In this document: positions 39,780 to 50,644 of the stretch, one piece after another
Position numbering within the stretch: the first letter of the stretch is position 1
Layout: each line of letters starts with the position of its first letter
Assembly: GCA_964534365.1 (NCBI GenBank)
Contig: CAZHOI010000002.1
Location: 8,138 to 72,137, forward strand
DNA from: an uncultured Candidatus Saccharibacteria bacterium
GTDB taxonomy: Bacteria > Patescibacteriota > Minisyncoccia > Phycocordibacterales > SW-6-46-9
Length of the DNA: 64,000 bases
Reading direction: 5' to 3'
Program-made: the position numbers and the translations under genes
Notes under the pieces: generated by a model
Seen by the model: only the letters and a program-made list of their open reading frames with translations
Told to the model about the DNA's origin: nothing
The model's database searches: none

Positions 39780-41903
39780 TTATTCGGCAATTACAATAGC
39801 CGGCTGGGCTGGGGTTTCTTTTTTCGGCTTCAAACCGTGTTTAGTTATCAGTTTATTGAATTCTTCACGCTCGATCGTTTCTTGGTCAATTAATCGATGG
39901 GCAATTTCATCCAGTAGATCGCGATGCTTTTTTATTGCTGATGCCGCACGATCTTTGGCTTCATTAATTAGACGTGACACTTCAAAGTCAATCGCCTTGG
40001 CGACTTCCTCGGAATATTCAGACTGGTTTTTCATGCCATATAGTGGTGATCCCGTTTCCGTCTCCAGTGCAATTGGACCAATGTCATCAGACATCCCATA
40101 TCTGGCGACCATTGACCTGGCATTAGAGGTTACTTTTTCCAAATCATTTGATGGACCAGTTGACAGGTCGTCAAAAACTAGTTTTTCGGTAACGTAACCT
40201 CCTAATGACATTGCCATAATGTCGCGGAATTGTTTGCGAGTGCGTAGTTTTTTGTCTTCAAGCGGTAATGATAATACATAACCCAACGCTCGACCGCGCG
40301 ATACTATTGTGACCTTGTGTACGGGATCAGTATGTTCCAGGGCGGCTGAAACGACCGCGTGCCCCGCCTCGTGATAAGCTGTAACCCGCTTTTCTTGATC
40401 AGATAAAAGATGAGAACGCCGTTCAGGACCTAGCAGCACCTTTTCAATGGCCGCAGTAAAGTCCGATTGATCGATGGTTTTTTTATCATGGCGGGCCGCC
40501 AAAATTGCTGCTTCATTTACCAATGAATAAATGTCAGCGCCCGAGAATCCTGGTGTCCGTTCGGCGATCGTTTTGAAATTAACGTCCTCGGAAAGTGGTT
40601 TATTTTTAGCCTGAATTTCCAGGATCTTTTCGCGCCCCTTTCGATCGGGTGAATCCACCGTTACGCGACGATCGAATCGGCCGGGACGCAGTAGTGCGGG
40701 ATCCAGAACATCAGGGCGATTAGTGGCAGCCATAATAATTACTGTTTGATTTGGTTCAAACCCATCCATTTCCACTAAAATCTGGTTTAGGGTTTGTTCC
40801 CGTTCGTCGTTCCCACCGCCAGTTCCAATACCGCGCGAACGGCCCACCGCATCAATTTCATCAATAAATACAATTGCTGGGGCAACTTTTTTGGCCATTT
40901 TAAATAGATCACGCACCCTAGATGCTCCAACACCAACAAACATCTCGACAAATTCTGATCCTGAAATCGAGAAAAATGGCACTCCAGCCTCGCCAGCTAC
41001 GGCGCGCGCTAGCAATGTCTTTCCCGTTCCTGGCGCCCCCATCAGCAACACCCCTTTGGGAATTTGGGCTCCAATTTCGAGGAATTTTTTTGGGGTTTTC
41101 AGAAATTGAACAATCTCGACTAGCTCTTCTTTGGCTTCGTTAACGCCGGCAACGTCATCAAAAGTAACCTTTTTGCGGGGATCTTTGGGATCAATCATCC
41201 TGGCCTTGGACTGCCCAAAATTAAATGGCTGCATCCCCCCGCCACCCTTGACCTGGCGTGAAAGGTACCAAAATATGGCAATAATAATTAATAACGGCAG
41301 CAAAATTGGCAATAAATATCCTAGCCAGCTAGCGAGGGCTGAAGGGGCATGTTCGGTTATATCAATCGATCGCAATTGCTCGGAGCTCACCCCAAAATTT
41401 ATCAGCGAATCGGTAATTGCCGCATCGCTTTCTTTGCGGGTTTCGTAGCGGATTTCTTCTGTTTGGGTCAAGGCAACAACTTCATTGCCATCAACCTCCA
41501 ATTCAGTCACTTCACCAGCTTGAATTAAATTGGCCAGTTCTGACAATGAGATTTCTTCGGGATTAGTTTCGCTGGGATTGAGAACATTAAAAAATGAATA
41601 GGCCAGTAGCAGGATAATAAAAGTATTGATAAAGGCATTCATTTTGGGAGACCCCATAAAATACATCATATTTTTTGATGGTTTTTTGCTAGTTTTTGAT
41701 TTTTTGTTGCTACCACTAGACTTTGGACGTTTCAGTTTCAGTTTGTCAGACGGTCGACTACCTTTATTATTTTTTGATTTAATTTTATCTTTACTTCCTT
41801 TTTCCTTGGCTGATTTATCCTTTTTCTGGTCAGCTGGATCGGAACGATTGGCGTCTGGGGACATATAAAAGGTATTATGGACCAACAATAGCCAAAGTGC
41901 CAA
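39780..41903 (-). CDS. ftsH: ATP-dependent zinc metalloprotease FtsH, with unusually long Lys/Ser-rich N-terminal extension (real start may be Met14 at 41864 or later)
   Basis: AAA Walker [24 protein letters not shown]; SRH; HExxH (HEAGHA); two TM segments. Confidence 0.9.
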   Translation of the reverse strand: MALWLLLVHNTFYMSPDANRSDPADQKKDKSAKEKGSKDKIKSKNNKGSRPSDKLKLKRPKSSGSNKKSKTSKKPSKNMMYFMGSPKMNAFINTFIILLLAYSFFNVLNPSETNPEEISLSELANLIQAGEVTELEVDGNEVVALTQTEEIRYETRKESDAAITDSLINFGVSSEQLRSIDITEHAPSALASWLGYLLPILLPLLIIIAIFWYLSRQVKGGGGMQPFNFGQSKARMIDPKDPRKKVTFDDVAGVNEAKEELVEIVQFLKTPKKFLEIGAQIPKGVLLMGAPGTGKTLLARAVAGEAGVPFFSISGSEFVEMFVGVGASRVRDLFKMAKKVAPAIVFIDEIDAVGRSRGIGTGGGNDEREQTLNQILVEMDGFEPNQTVIIMAATNRPDVLDPALLRPGRFDRRVTVDSPDRKGREKILEIQAKNKPLSEDVNFKTIAERTPGFSGADIYSLVNEAAILAARHDKKTIDQSDFTAAIEKVLLGPERRSHLLSDQEKRVTAYHEAGHAVVSAALEHTDPVHKVTIVSRGRALGYVLSLPLEDKKLRTRKQFRDIMAMSLGGYVTEKLVFDDLSTGPSNDLEKVTSNARSMVARYGMSDDIGPIALETETGSPLYGMKNQSEYSEEVAKAIDFEVSRLINEAKDRAASAIKKHRDLLDEIAHRLIDQETIEREEFNKLITKHGLKPKKETPAQPAIVIAE

Positions 41904-42382
41904 AAAACTATCTTTTGACCATGAAAAAAACTTCTAATCAATTTGCCAGCAATCAGCCCGCTAGCCAAAAGTATCGTCGCCTAGAATGTTACGAGGCGGG
42001 TATTAAATTGCTAGGTAGCGAGGTCAAGGCAGTCAAGGCAGGGCTTGCCGCAATAACCGGAGCATATGTGGTCGTGCGCGGCGGCGAAGCGTACGCAATT
42101 AATGTCACTATTCCCCAGTGGCAATCAAATAATCCTAGTTCGGCTCATGAACCAGAACGCCCTAAAAAACTACTGTTATCTAAAAAACAACTGCGCAAGT
42201 TGGAAGATTATGACCAGAAGAAAGGTTTTGCCTTGGTGGTTTATTCGTTGTATAATAAAAACGGTTTAATCAAGGTTGATTTGTGCGTGTCTGTTAATAA
42301 GACCACCCGCGACAAACGTCAAGAAATAAAACGACGTGATCAGGCGCGTGATATTAGACGGCAAACCAAATACAACCTTTAG
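41897..42382 (+). CDS. smpB: SsrA-binding protein SmpB
   Basis: GIKLLGSEVKAVK, PERPKKLLLSKKQL, C-terminal basic tail; tmRNA gene 460 bp downstream. Confidence 0.85.
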   Translation: MPKNYLLTMKKTSNQFASNQPASQKYRRLECYEAGIKLLGSEVKAVKAGLAAITGAYVVVRGGEAYAINVTIPQWQSNNPSSAHEPERPKKLLLSKKQLRKLEDYDQKKGFALVVYSLYNKNGLIKVDLCVSVNKTTRDKRQEIKRRDQARDIRRQTKYNL

Positions 42383-42429
42383 AGTACTTTCGCACTTTGA
42401 AATTTCAAATACAGTCATTCGCTTAAAGT

Positions 42430-42699
42430 ATGAATTACTATGTCTATATTCTATATAGTGAAAAAGACGGCAACTTATATGTTGGGTGTACATCTAATCT
42501 CAATAAAAGGATTAGATATCACTGCTTGGGTCATGTAAAAACAACCAAGCATCGTCGTCCTTTAAAGCTAATCCACAAAGAATTATTTGTAGAAAAGGGG
42601 CAAGCCTATAATCGAGAAAGGTTTTTAAAAAGTCTATGGGGATCTAGGGAAAAACAAAAAATTAAGAGGGAGTTTCTTGATAAGAAAAACCGAATTTAA
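42430..42699 (+). CDS. GIY-YIG domain nuclease-family protein (stand-alone, about 89 aa)
   Basis: YVYILYS...GNLYVGCTSNLNKRIRYH... matches GIY-YIG. Confidence 0.7.
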   Translation: MNYYVYILYSEKDGNLYVGCTSNLNKRIRYHCLGHVKTTKHRRPLKLIHKELFVEKGQAYNRERFLKSLWGSREKQKIKREFLDKKNRI

Positions 42700-42842
42700 A
42701 TTACCTACTCACAATAAAGATAGTTAAGACTAATTTCTTAATACTGAAGTCTCGAACAGTTTACGCGATAAGCAATGTTTTAGTGGCTAATCCCGCATTG
42801 CGGGACGCCAGAACATAAATTACTGGGTAATTTATGTTTTAG

Positions 42843-43239
42843 GGGGATGACTGGTATCGCCTCGAATAATTGTCAATCCAATGGCCAAACGGAAAACGCT
42901 GCCTACTTCCTTAAACTGGCAGTAACCAATACATGCAGACGAAAACTCTGTAGCGAGCCCATACTTTAATGGTGTTCGCGCATTTGCCTAAGTCGAGTTC
43001 GCTCCTTAGCAATGCCGGATAAAGCCTCTGGCTGACATTACTATGTTTTGTCCGTATCACCTTAATGTCTCGAGTTGGTGATCGTTAATCGCTGACTTTA
43101 AAAACTTAACTCGGATTTAGGATGTATTTGGATATTTGACCTCAACCTAGATCTTAAATTCCCTAACAAATATCCTTGGTTTGGGACACCATAAATTGGC
43201 ATTATTCGAACACGGGGGTTCAATCTCCCCATCTCCACA
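42843..43239 (+). ncRNA. ssrA: tmRNA (ssrA); predicted tag ADENSVASPYFNGVRAFA (resume codon GCA near 42945, stop TAA)
   Basis: 5' GGGGATGA...; 3' tRNA-like end GGGGGTTCAATCTCCCCATCTCCACA pairing with the 5' GGGGATG; internal ORF ending ...AFA-TAA; adjacent smpB. Confidence 0.75.
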
Positions 43240-43252
43240 TTGTAAATCCACG

Positions 43253-43273
43253 ACTGCCGTTTGGCAGTTTTTG
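43253..43273 (+). terminator. Intrinsic terminator after the tmRNA (CTGCCGTTTGGCAG plus TTTTT)
   Basis: Seen in the sequence. Confidence 0.6.
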
Positions 43274-43394
43274 ATTTGCAAATTGAGGAATGAGAGATTG
43301 AAAGACGGAATGACGCTGCCAGCGGCAGATTAAGTCATGAGTCCGGGTAGGAGCCACTTATGAGCAAAGCGAAATAGTGAGCTGACACCGATCC

Positions 43395-43406
43395 CCCCAT
43401 CTCCAC
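43395..43406 (+). repeat. Direct repeat of the tmRNA 3' terminus (CCCCATCTCCAC), about 168 bp downstream of the first copy, followed by a second terminator hairpin (43421-43447)
   Basis: 12-nt exact match to 43227-43238. Confidence 0.55.
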
Positions 43407-43756
43407 TCGACTTCATAATAAAACCAGACTTTTGTCTGGTTTTATTATTGCGCTCGTGGCAAACCACCTCGATCATACTGCACAAACATCCTTAACCTCA
43501 TACATTGTTTTAAAAGTAGTTACAAGAAGTCGAAGTGCCCTTAGTGAACATAGTGATAAGTAGTATCAAACCGGTCTCGAAACGAAGACCTGAAACTTAC
43601 CCAGTATCCAGATGGAAGACATGCTCATAGTAAGTAAAGATTAATCAAATAAAAGTTACCTAAGTAGAATGATTTTTTATTTAGGGGTCGGACCGCTAAA
43701 TTTTGGGGTAACCAGAAGTTGGTAGGGTTGCCATCATAAGCTACAATGATTGATAC

Positions 43757-45088
43757 ATGCGTCAGCGCTGGATGATGAAAAAAATCGTGGCAATTGTCGG
43801 ATTTGTAGCTATTTTTTCATTTCTTTCAATAGAAATGTGGCTATATGATTTAAATAATAATCCCCCACTAGCACAAGCATTGTCGGCCGTTGATAATTTT
43901 GATACTAATAAGCAAATTTTAAATAGCAAAATTTATCCTCAGACAATTGATCAGCCAGATTCTCTAACCACAATCGATATAATCAAGCCGCTGGATGCCT
44001 ACATTGACCAAATTCCAGACGATGGTGGATTCATCGTAATTGACTTGGGAACCGAAGACCTGATGTTGTACCAGGACGGTGAATTGGATTTTCGTACCAA
44101 ATTCAAATCACAAGGAGAGTTTGGATCATTTTGGCAAACTCCTACCGGATATTATGAAATCTCGTACGCTAATCGCAACCATCGGTCGTCAATTGGAAAT
44201 GTTGATATGCCATATTCGTTGCAATTTTCTGGCAATTTCTTCATCCATGGTTGGCCAACTAACCCCGATGGCACACCCGTTCCCGAGGGGTTTTCTGGGG
44301 GTTGCGTAAGACTCTCCACCAGTGACGCCAAGACAGTATTTGAATCTAGCCCGGTTGGTACCAAAGTGCTAGTGGTAAATTCTAATACAGTTCAAACAGA
44401 TCAGATTAATCACCCTAATTTAGAAAATTGGCAGACCACTGCCCCGTCCTATTTGGTCGCCAATCTAAAAACTGGCCAGGTTTATCAAGGACAAAATTAC
44501 CGCAATCAACCGTTTCCTTTGGGATCAATAAGTAATTTTATACTTGCAATCAAAACAAATGAATGGATTAGTTACAACTCGCAAATACCACTGTATGCCA
44601 CAAGTAATAACAAATTTTATCAAACTACTCAAACGCAAACTCCCAAGGAAATATATCCAAATTTATTAAACTTGGACCAGCAAGCAGACGCATTGAATTT
44701 ATCAGTCAGCAACTATCATGGTCGTGGGTTTGGTATATCTAAAACTACTACCAAACACCAATCAATAGGAATGGATGAAACTAAATTAATCAGCTCCGTA
44801 AATGAATTAGAACCGCTACGCTTCAGCGGACCATTAGATGAGTGGTTTCATTTGATTAGATATCTACATTTTCAGAAACCATTCCTGCTAGAGACGGCCA
44901 CCGGAATTGATCAATTGACTAAAGGATTGAAAGTGTTTACTACGTCTACTGCCGAGGATACATTATCTGGATTTGCCATCGCGATTGATGACAGCAACGA
45001 TCCAGTGGTTTATCTAGCCTTTGATGACCCTAATTTTGTTAATAATGCCAGTCAGTTAAAAGCATTACTAGATCAATTGCCTAATTAA
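43757..45088 (+). CDS. L,D-transpeptidase (YkuD domain) with N-terminal TM anchor
   Basis: Catalytic motif HGWPTNPDGTPVPEGFSGGCVRL (His/Cys). Confidence 0.7.
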   Translation: MRQRWMMKKIVAIVGFVAIFSFLSIEMWLYDLNNNPPLAQALSAVDNFDTNKQILNSKIYPQTIDQPDSLTTIDIIKPLDAYIDQIPDDGGFIVIDLGTEDLMLYQDGELDFRTKFKSQGEFGSFWQTPTGYYEISYANRNHRSSIGNVDMPYSLQFSGNFFIHGWPTNPDGTPVPEGFSGGCVRLSTSDAKTVFESSPVGTKVLVVNSNTVQTDQINHPNLENWQTTAPSYLVANLKTGQVYQGQNYRNQPFPLGSISNFILAIKTNEWISYNSQIPLYATSNNKFYQTTQTQTPKEIYPNLLNLDQQADALNLSVSNYHGRGFGISKTTTKHQSIGMDETKLISSVNELEPLRFSGPLDEWFHLIRYLHFQKPFLLETATGIDQLTKGLKVFTTSTAEDTLSGFAIAIDDSNDPVVYLAFDDPNFVNNASQLKALLDQLPN

Positions 45089-45986
45089 TTCCGCCTGCTA
45101 CTACCTCGGTATCAAGTAAAAACATGGTTGCAGCAAATAAAATTATTAGAATGGCAACCGCCAAAGCGCTTTGCAATAGTATTTGTCGTTGGTTGGTTCG
45201 GGTTTGGCATCGCAGATAAGAACGGAAACTCAAGGCTAGTACTACGATCATCAATAGCAAAAACAGCGTTCCGTAAATTCGATCTGGTTGCACCATTAAT
45301 TTATCAACCACGCCAACTTGACCAACTGCTGCTATCAAATTTTCGGCATCGGCAATGGCTTGGCTTTTTTCAGCGGCTGTAACCGGACGGCCGAGCAAGC
45401 TTTCTAGTTCTGAATAATCCCGTTGTGGTCCATAAGGAGTACCAAAATGTTGCGCCACATAAGTTGATCGTTGATTTTTATACTGCCCTGTCGCCGTAGC
45501 AATGCCAATTTGGCTATAATTATTATTAATAATATTATCGCGATGAGTCGGCGAATTCATCCAGGCGCGAGTAACAGATCCCGAATCTCGAAAATTCACT
45601 GCCAAATTCTCGCCGGCGTAACTAAATCGATATCCAGCCTGTTCGAACCAATGCCAAGGTGATAAACCACTGGGCGAAACGTGGGCAAAATACGATTGAT
45701 CAGCCATGTCATTAGCCTTTAGTTGAGCTGATACGGTTAACAATATATTTGGTTCCAAAGGGGGCAGGTCGTCAGTAGCGCGTTCGTCATTAGTTTGATC
45801 GACTAGGACAGCCGCAATCACAGCCGCATAATCAGAACCAGCATATCGCTGCAAAACCTCGCCATGTATTCCGGCTAAAATAAATAATCCAAATGCAGCA
45901 ATAACAATAATTCCGACTTCGCCCAATCGAATCAGGTTTCTAAATTTAGTGCTAGTTGCGCGATTCACTTTATTGAATTTATCCAT
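45081..45986 (-). CDS. CAP/SCP/PR-1 domain protein with N-terminal TM anchor
   Basis: YFAHVSPSG...ENL...SPTHRDNIIN.NYSQIGIA CAP motifs. Confidence 0.6.
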   Translation of the reverse strand: MDKFNKVNRATSTKFRNLIRLGEVGIIVIAAFGLFILAGIHGEVLQRYAGSDYAAVIAAVLVDQTNDERATDDLPPLEPNILLTVSAQLKANDMADQSYFAHVSPSGLSPWHWFEQAGYRFSYAGENLAVNFRDSGSVTRAWMNSPTHRDNIINNNYSQIGIATATGQYKNQRSTYVAQHFGTPYGPQRDYSELESLLGRPVTAAEKSQAIADAENLIAAVGQVGVVDKLMVQPDRIYGTLFLLLMIVVLALSFRSYLRCQTRTNQRQILLQSALAVAILIILFAATMFLLDTEVVAGGIN

Positions 45987-46060
45987 GTGTGCATAATACT
46001 ATGTTTTAAAGCCGATACAAAAACCCCATTTGGGGTTAAAGATTAAAATAAGAGTTGAGT

Positions 46061-49000
46061 TTATTCTTCTTCTAATTTCGCAAAAGTTTGATTAGTCAGT
46101 GTAGTTACCGCTGATTGATTCGGGGCCGTACCGCCATGACCGGTGGCAACACCGCCTACTGGCATAACCGCCACCTGATCCCCTAATACTTCACCATCAT
46201 CGTGACGCTGGCGCAATAAATCAGCTAGCCGCTCGAGCATATCGATACGATCGGGGGAAGCAGTCCCTGGAGCAATAGTAGAGGCTCCTAATACCCCACC
46301 CTCATTATTATCATCGTCGTCGTCATCGTCTGAGCCACCAGAGCTACCAGATGAGCTGGTAAAGCTAGTTGCTACTGGGCCACCAGAAGCTGATTCTGTT
46401 TGGTTTGATCCGTCACCAGGAGTATCACCATCATCTGGATTAATTTCACATTCGGCTTCTAGACCAGATACTACCACTATGTCATCACCGCCAGTTACGA
46501 ACAGATCAAATACAATTCCGTCTCCAGCAGTATTTAGTTCAAACGTGTCTGGGGAGTTGAATGTCGAACCTAGCTCCAAGCCCTCAACTGAATCAGGGGT
46601 AATCGTTGGAGTTGATAACAGAGCTCCGCCAGAGAATAGAATCTCGCCGGAAACATTACGTAATTGATCACTGCCGCCAATAAGGGTAATTACCAATTCA
46701 TTATCTGCGTTTAGCACTACCGAGAACTCGCCCTCTTCATCAGCCGTTTCACCCAGTGGCGCAATGTTGACATTGGTGTCGGTCAATACATCGACATTTG
46801 ATTCCACATCGACATCTAATTCAATTTCGGCAAAACATTGATTGTCATTTGGTTCGCCGCCACATTCAACTGCCCCTACTCCGGCAACATCAAATCCGTC
46901 TCGGGTTCCTGGACCAGCGTTTGGACTGGTTATGTCTACTATTTTAATAAAGCTGGCTTCAGGTAGTACTCCTAAATCAAATGTATAATTTGCATTAGGA
47001 TCATTAGTATTGTCAACCGTAGCCACTCCAAGCAGTTCATAGTTTATCCCATCAACTGACGCATAGACTTCGGCTTTTTCTGGGTGATTATTAACGGTTG
47101 GATTACCGTAACTAGTTTCAAACACTCGGATGTCATCACCGGCTACATTCTGCAGCGGTTGTTCAAATTCAATTGTAATATCACCACCTATTCCTAGTGA
47201 ATAGAAGTCGATCGCTTCATCAGGTTGTGAATCTGGACCAGTGGCCTTTGATTCAACTGATCGGTCGGCCGGAACATCGGTTCCATCAGCTCGTTGACCT
47301 TGATTAGCTGATACTACTTCGCCGGCAAAACATTGCAGAACTAGATCAGGATCAGAATTATTACCTTCTTCTTCACACAGATTCTCCTCTAGCAATTGTT
47401 CGTGGGCACCGCCAAGTTTACGATCGCCATAGCGTTGACCGTTAAAGTCTTCGATTAAATCACCATAGAATACATCAATCTGGTAGGCACAAGATGGCAC
47501 ATCAATATTAAAGGTAACGGGTTCACTTGGATCTAGCGTTTCCAGTTCACTATCAAATAATTCCTGAGTATCGATGTCTAGATTATTGTCATTATTAGTT
47601 TTATTTGTATCTTTGTATTCGAACGCTTTATAAGACGCAATTCCGACATCATATACACAGGTATCCGAAGTATTTTCAATTGTTACCATTCCGGTAACCG
47701 GGTCAAAGCCAGTCACAACTAGATTTGATTCGTGATTGGCTTCGCACTGTTCAGTTTGATCTGAATTATTAATTGTGAAATTTTGAGTAAGTCGTATATT
47801 ACTATCATCTTCGTCTTCTACTGGGTTGAAAGCAAAACAGTAATCACCATTATCAAATTGAGTTGAATCGAATTCAGCAGTAAAGATCGTGCCATCAAAT
47901 TGAAAATCATCATCTTGATCGTTTACATTTCCGAACACAGTCGGATTTGAGGCATCACAACTACCCTGCCGCACCGCAAACTTTACTTCATCATCATTAT
48001 CACCGTTTTCGTCCACATAAGTAGCCTCTAGAGTAATAGTTCCCGACACCTCCTCGCCCTCGGATGGATTAGTAATTTCTGATTCAGCTGGCGCATCGTC
48101 ATCACAACTGCCATCTACTGAAGTTTCTGATGATTCTGCTTCTTCACACAACCATGGATTGTAATCAACTTGCTCACCTACTAGGGCGCCATCTGAATCA
48201 GTTTCGCCAAATGGACCAGCAGGACCTTCGGAATCATTCCAATAATTTTCCTCGGCCGACAAAATGTCAGTTTCGCCAGTCGTACCAACATCATAATTAA
48301 CCCCAGCTACTCCTTCAGATTCATCAAAGAAGAAGTTGTTCTGCTCGATCGTCATGGTTGAGACATCAGCATCATTCCCGGTTCTTTTATTAACGCTTAT
48401 TGCTACCGGAGGAAGATTAATCGCCGAGAAATTTTCAAAATCATTTAATCGCACTACAACATTTGGTGTATCCGCATCCAGTCCAATACCAACAGTATAT
48501 GATGCATCCCCTAAATTAGTTATTTCATTATTTTCAACCACCAAATCATTAGTGTCTTCATTTACAGTAATTCCGAATGCACCTTTGGTGTCACCTCCCT
48601 CTATATTTGAAATTTTGTTGTTTAAAATACTTATATTATCGAGCGATTCATCACTAGCTCCTATTAAAATACCCTGAGCGGTATTAGTTAATGAAGTTAA
48701 ATTAGTTATTTCATTGTTTGATACTTCGACATTGCTTCCAGCCTCTAACCAAATTCCAGCAATAGTATCATTTTCTTCATAGCCATCAACAATATTATTC
48801 GTAATTACTACATCGGAATACAGTCCTCCATTATCAGTCAATACAATACCTAGCGCTGGCGAAGGATCGGTTGAACTTTGGGTTACAGTGAAACCATCTA
48901 TCGTCGTATTTGAGGCTTCAATCAACAACCTTCCTTCAATAATTGTAGAGGTAGCACTATTTTCCGATTGAATCGTTAGTTCTTTGTCGACAGTAATAAT

Positions 49001-49627
49001 CTCTGGATATGTCCCATCGTCGACTTCGATCACGTCGCCATCATCAGTACCACAGTCATCAATTGCTTCTTGTATAGTCGTAAAATCCTCACCGGTGTCA
49101 GTGTTTTCTACCGGTAGTGTATCGTTATCAGAGCCAAAATCATCACCTGAACAATCGTCTCCTGGTTCGGTTGTAACAGGAGTTACTGATTCGGCTTGAA
49201 AATTAACCACGATAGGACTTTCAGCCGCTGCATCGCTGTAATCTTGACTAGCAACTTCAGATCCATTTTCAGTAATAAATAGGGTATCTCCGCCATCATT
49301 CCAAGTACCGGAACCACTTAGAGTCGGATCGTCACAAGTCTCGCTTGTCTCACAAAACGTGTATGAGCTACCAGAAGTCAAAACAACGCCAGCTAGACTA
49401 TAAGCATTGTTGTTATTTTCATCGCCAAAGCCGTAATCGCTGAGGTCAACGGTTTCTGAACCATTATTGGTAAATGTAATAGACTCAGGATTAGTGGCAG
49501 TTAAACTAGCCTCAATGTCTTGAGGAGCGGCCATAGCAGTTGGTACCGCAAATCCAGCGGGGGCAAAGGTAGTCGCCAGAAAGGTAAAGGCGGTTAATAA
49601 TGAGAGTAATTTTTTGAATTTGTTCAT
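46061..49627 (-). CDS. Giant (1188 aa) secreted, highly acidic surface protein with right-handed parallel beta-helix (PbH1-like NNxITN) repeats
   Basis: Signal peptide; repeated ...VENNEITNL.. / ..ILNNKISNI.. units; poly-Asp tract; C-terminal Gly-rich tail. Confidence 0.6.
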   Translation of the reverse strand: MNKFKKLLSLLTAFTFLATTFAPAGFAVPTAMAAPQDIEASLTATNPESITFTNNGSETVDLSDYGFGDENNNNAYSLAGVVLTSGSSYTFCETSETCDDPTLSGSGTWNDGGDTLFITENGSEVASQDYSDAAAESPIVVNFQAESVTPVTTEPGDDCSGDDFGSDNDTLPVENTDTGEDFTTIQEAIDDCGTDDGDVIEVDDGTYPEIITVDKELTIQSENSATSTIIEGRLLIEASNTTIDGFTVTQSSTDPSPALGIVLTDNGGLYSDVVITNNIVDGYEENDTIAGIWLEAGSNVEVSNNEITNLTSLTNTAQGILIGASDESLDNISILNNKISNIEGGDTKGAFGITVNEDTNDLVVENNEITNLGDASYTVGIGLDADTPNVVVRLNDFENFSAINLPPVAISVNKRTGNDADVSTMTIEQNNFFFDESEGVAGVNYDVGTTGETDILSAEENYWNDSEGPAGPFGETDSDGALVGEQVDYNPWLCEEAESSETSVDGSCDDDAPAESEITNPSEGEEVSGTITLEATYVDENGDNDDEVKFAVRQGSCDASNPTVFGNVNDQDDDFQFDGTIFTAEFDSTQFDNGDYCFAFNPVEDEDDSNIRLTQNFTINNSDQTEQCEANHESNLVVTGFDPVTGMVTIENTSDTCVYDVGIASYKAFEYKDTNKTNNDNNLDIDTQELFDSELETLDPSEPVTFNIDVPSCAYQIDVFYGDLIEDFNGQRYGDRKLGGAHEQLLEENLCEEEGNNSDPDLVLQCFAGEVVSANQGQRADGTDVPADRSVESKATGPDSQPDEAIDFYSLGIGGDITIEFEQPLQNVAGDDIRVFETSYGNPTVNNHPEKAEVYASVDGINYELLGVATVDNTNDPNANYTFDLGVLPEASFIKIVDITSPNAGPGTRDGFDVAGVGAVECGGEPNDNQCFAEIELDVDVESNVDVLTDTNVNIAPLGETADEEGEFSVVLNADNELVITLIGGSDQLRNVSGEILFSGGALLSTPTITPDSVEGLELGSTFNSPDTFELNTAGDGIVFDLFVTGGDDIVVVSGLEAECEINPDDGDTPGDGSNQTESASGGPVATSFTSSSGSSGGSDDDDDDDNNEGGVLGASTIAPGTASPDRIDMLERLADLLRQRHDDGEVLGDQVAVMPVGGVATGHGGTAPNQSAVTTLTNQTFAKLEEE

Positions 49628-49876
49628 ATTTTTTAAATTTTTTAATAATTTATGACTATTTAATAACTCTTTGCCGTCAAATCAAGATCCAGAAGCAATA
49701 ATTTAATGACCTTAATTTAACTACAATATAGTTATCTCTTATCATTATGGGGGGTAGGTACTAAAAGTGCAAACTGTACAAATGGGCATAAAGTGGTTTA
49801 TAACCAGTTGATAAGTGTGTATAGCTAATCATTGATACTCCTAAACTTAAAACCCAAGCAAAATAGGACAACATCT

Positions 49877-49885
49877 GCTATAATA
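49877..49885 (+). promoter_or_regulatory. Extended -10 element TGCTATAAT about 30 nt upstream of the infC start
   Basis: Seen in the sequence. Confidence 0.35.
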
Positions 49886-49914
49886 ATCAACATTAAACTT
49901 AACCTAGCAAGAAT

Positions 49915-50475
49915 TTGAGTAGAAATAATAACCGACGCAACTATAGTCCAAAAACTTTAATTAATGATCAGATCCGCGCCCGAGAATTGCGGGTAATTGA
50001 TGAAAATGGCGACAACGTAGGGGTAATCAATACTGACGAGGCGATTAAACGCGCCAGAACCGCTGGACTAGATTTAATCGAAATATCCCCCAAGGCTAAA
50101 CCGCCAGTTGCCAAAATTACCGATTATGGTAAATGGAAGTACGAACAAGCTAAAAAAGCCAAAGCCATTAAAGCTAAGTCAAATCGCACGGAAACAAAAG
50201 AAGTGCAAATAAAGGTTGGTACTTCAGACCATGACGTGGAATTAAAAGCCAAACGAGCCAGCGAATGGTTAAAAGATGGCGATCGAGTCAAAGTCGAGCT
50301 ATTTTTGCGCGGTCGCACTAAATACGTGATGGGCGAGGATTTTTTCCAGGAAAAACTAAATCGAGTGTTAAAACTGCTAACAATAAATTATCGAATAGCC
50401 GAGAATATGCGCAAAGGCCCCAAAGGTTATTACATGATTATCGAAAAGGGATCGAGTAAAAAAACTGACCACTGA
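49915..50475 (+). CDS. infC: Translation initiation factor IF-3; apparent non-AUG (TTG) start
   Basis: LINDQIRARELRVIDENG...KEVQIK...DHDVELK IF3 N-terminal and C-terminal domains; first in-frame codon is TTG. Confidence 0.9.
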   Translation: MSRNNNRRNYSPKTLINDQIRARELRVIDENGDNVGVINTDEAIKRARTAGLDLIEISPKAKPPVAKITDYGKWKYEQAKKAKAIKAKSNRTETKEVQIKVGTSDHDVELKAKRASEWLKDGDRVKVELFLRGRTKYVMGEDFFQEKLNRVLKLLTINYRIAENMRKGPKGYYMIIEKGSSKKTDH

Positions 50476-50644
50476 TCACAAAGTATAATATTTACCATGT
50501 TGGAAAAACCTCATATTGTAATTTCGCTAACTCTGGCTGATGGCGACACGCTAAGTAGTTAAGTAAGAATTACTTCAAAATTACTTGAAAATTACTTTAA
50601 GGGGTTTGATATTTGCAATTTGCTATAGTACCCTACTGCCTATC

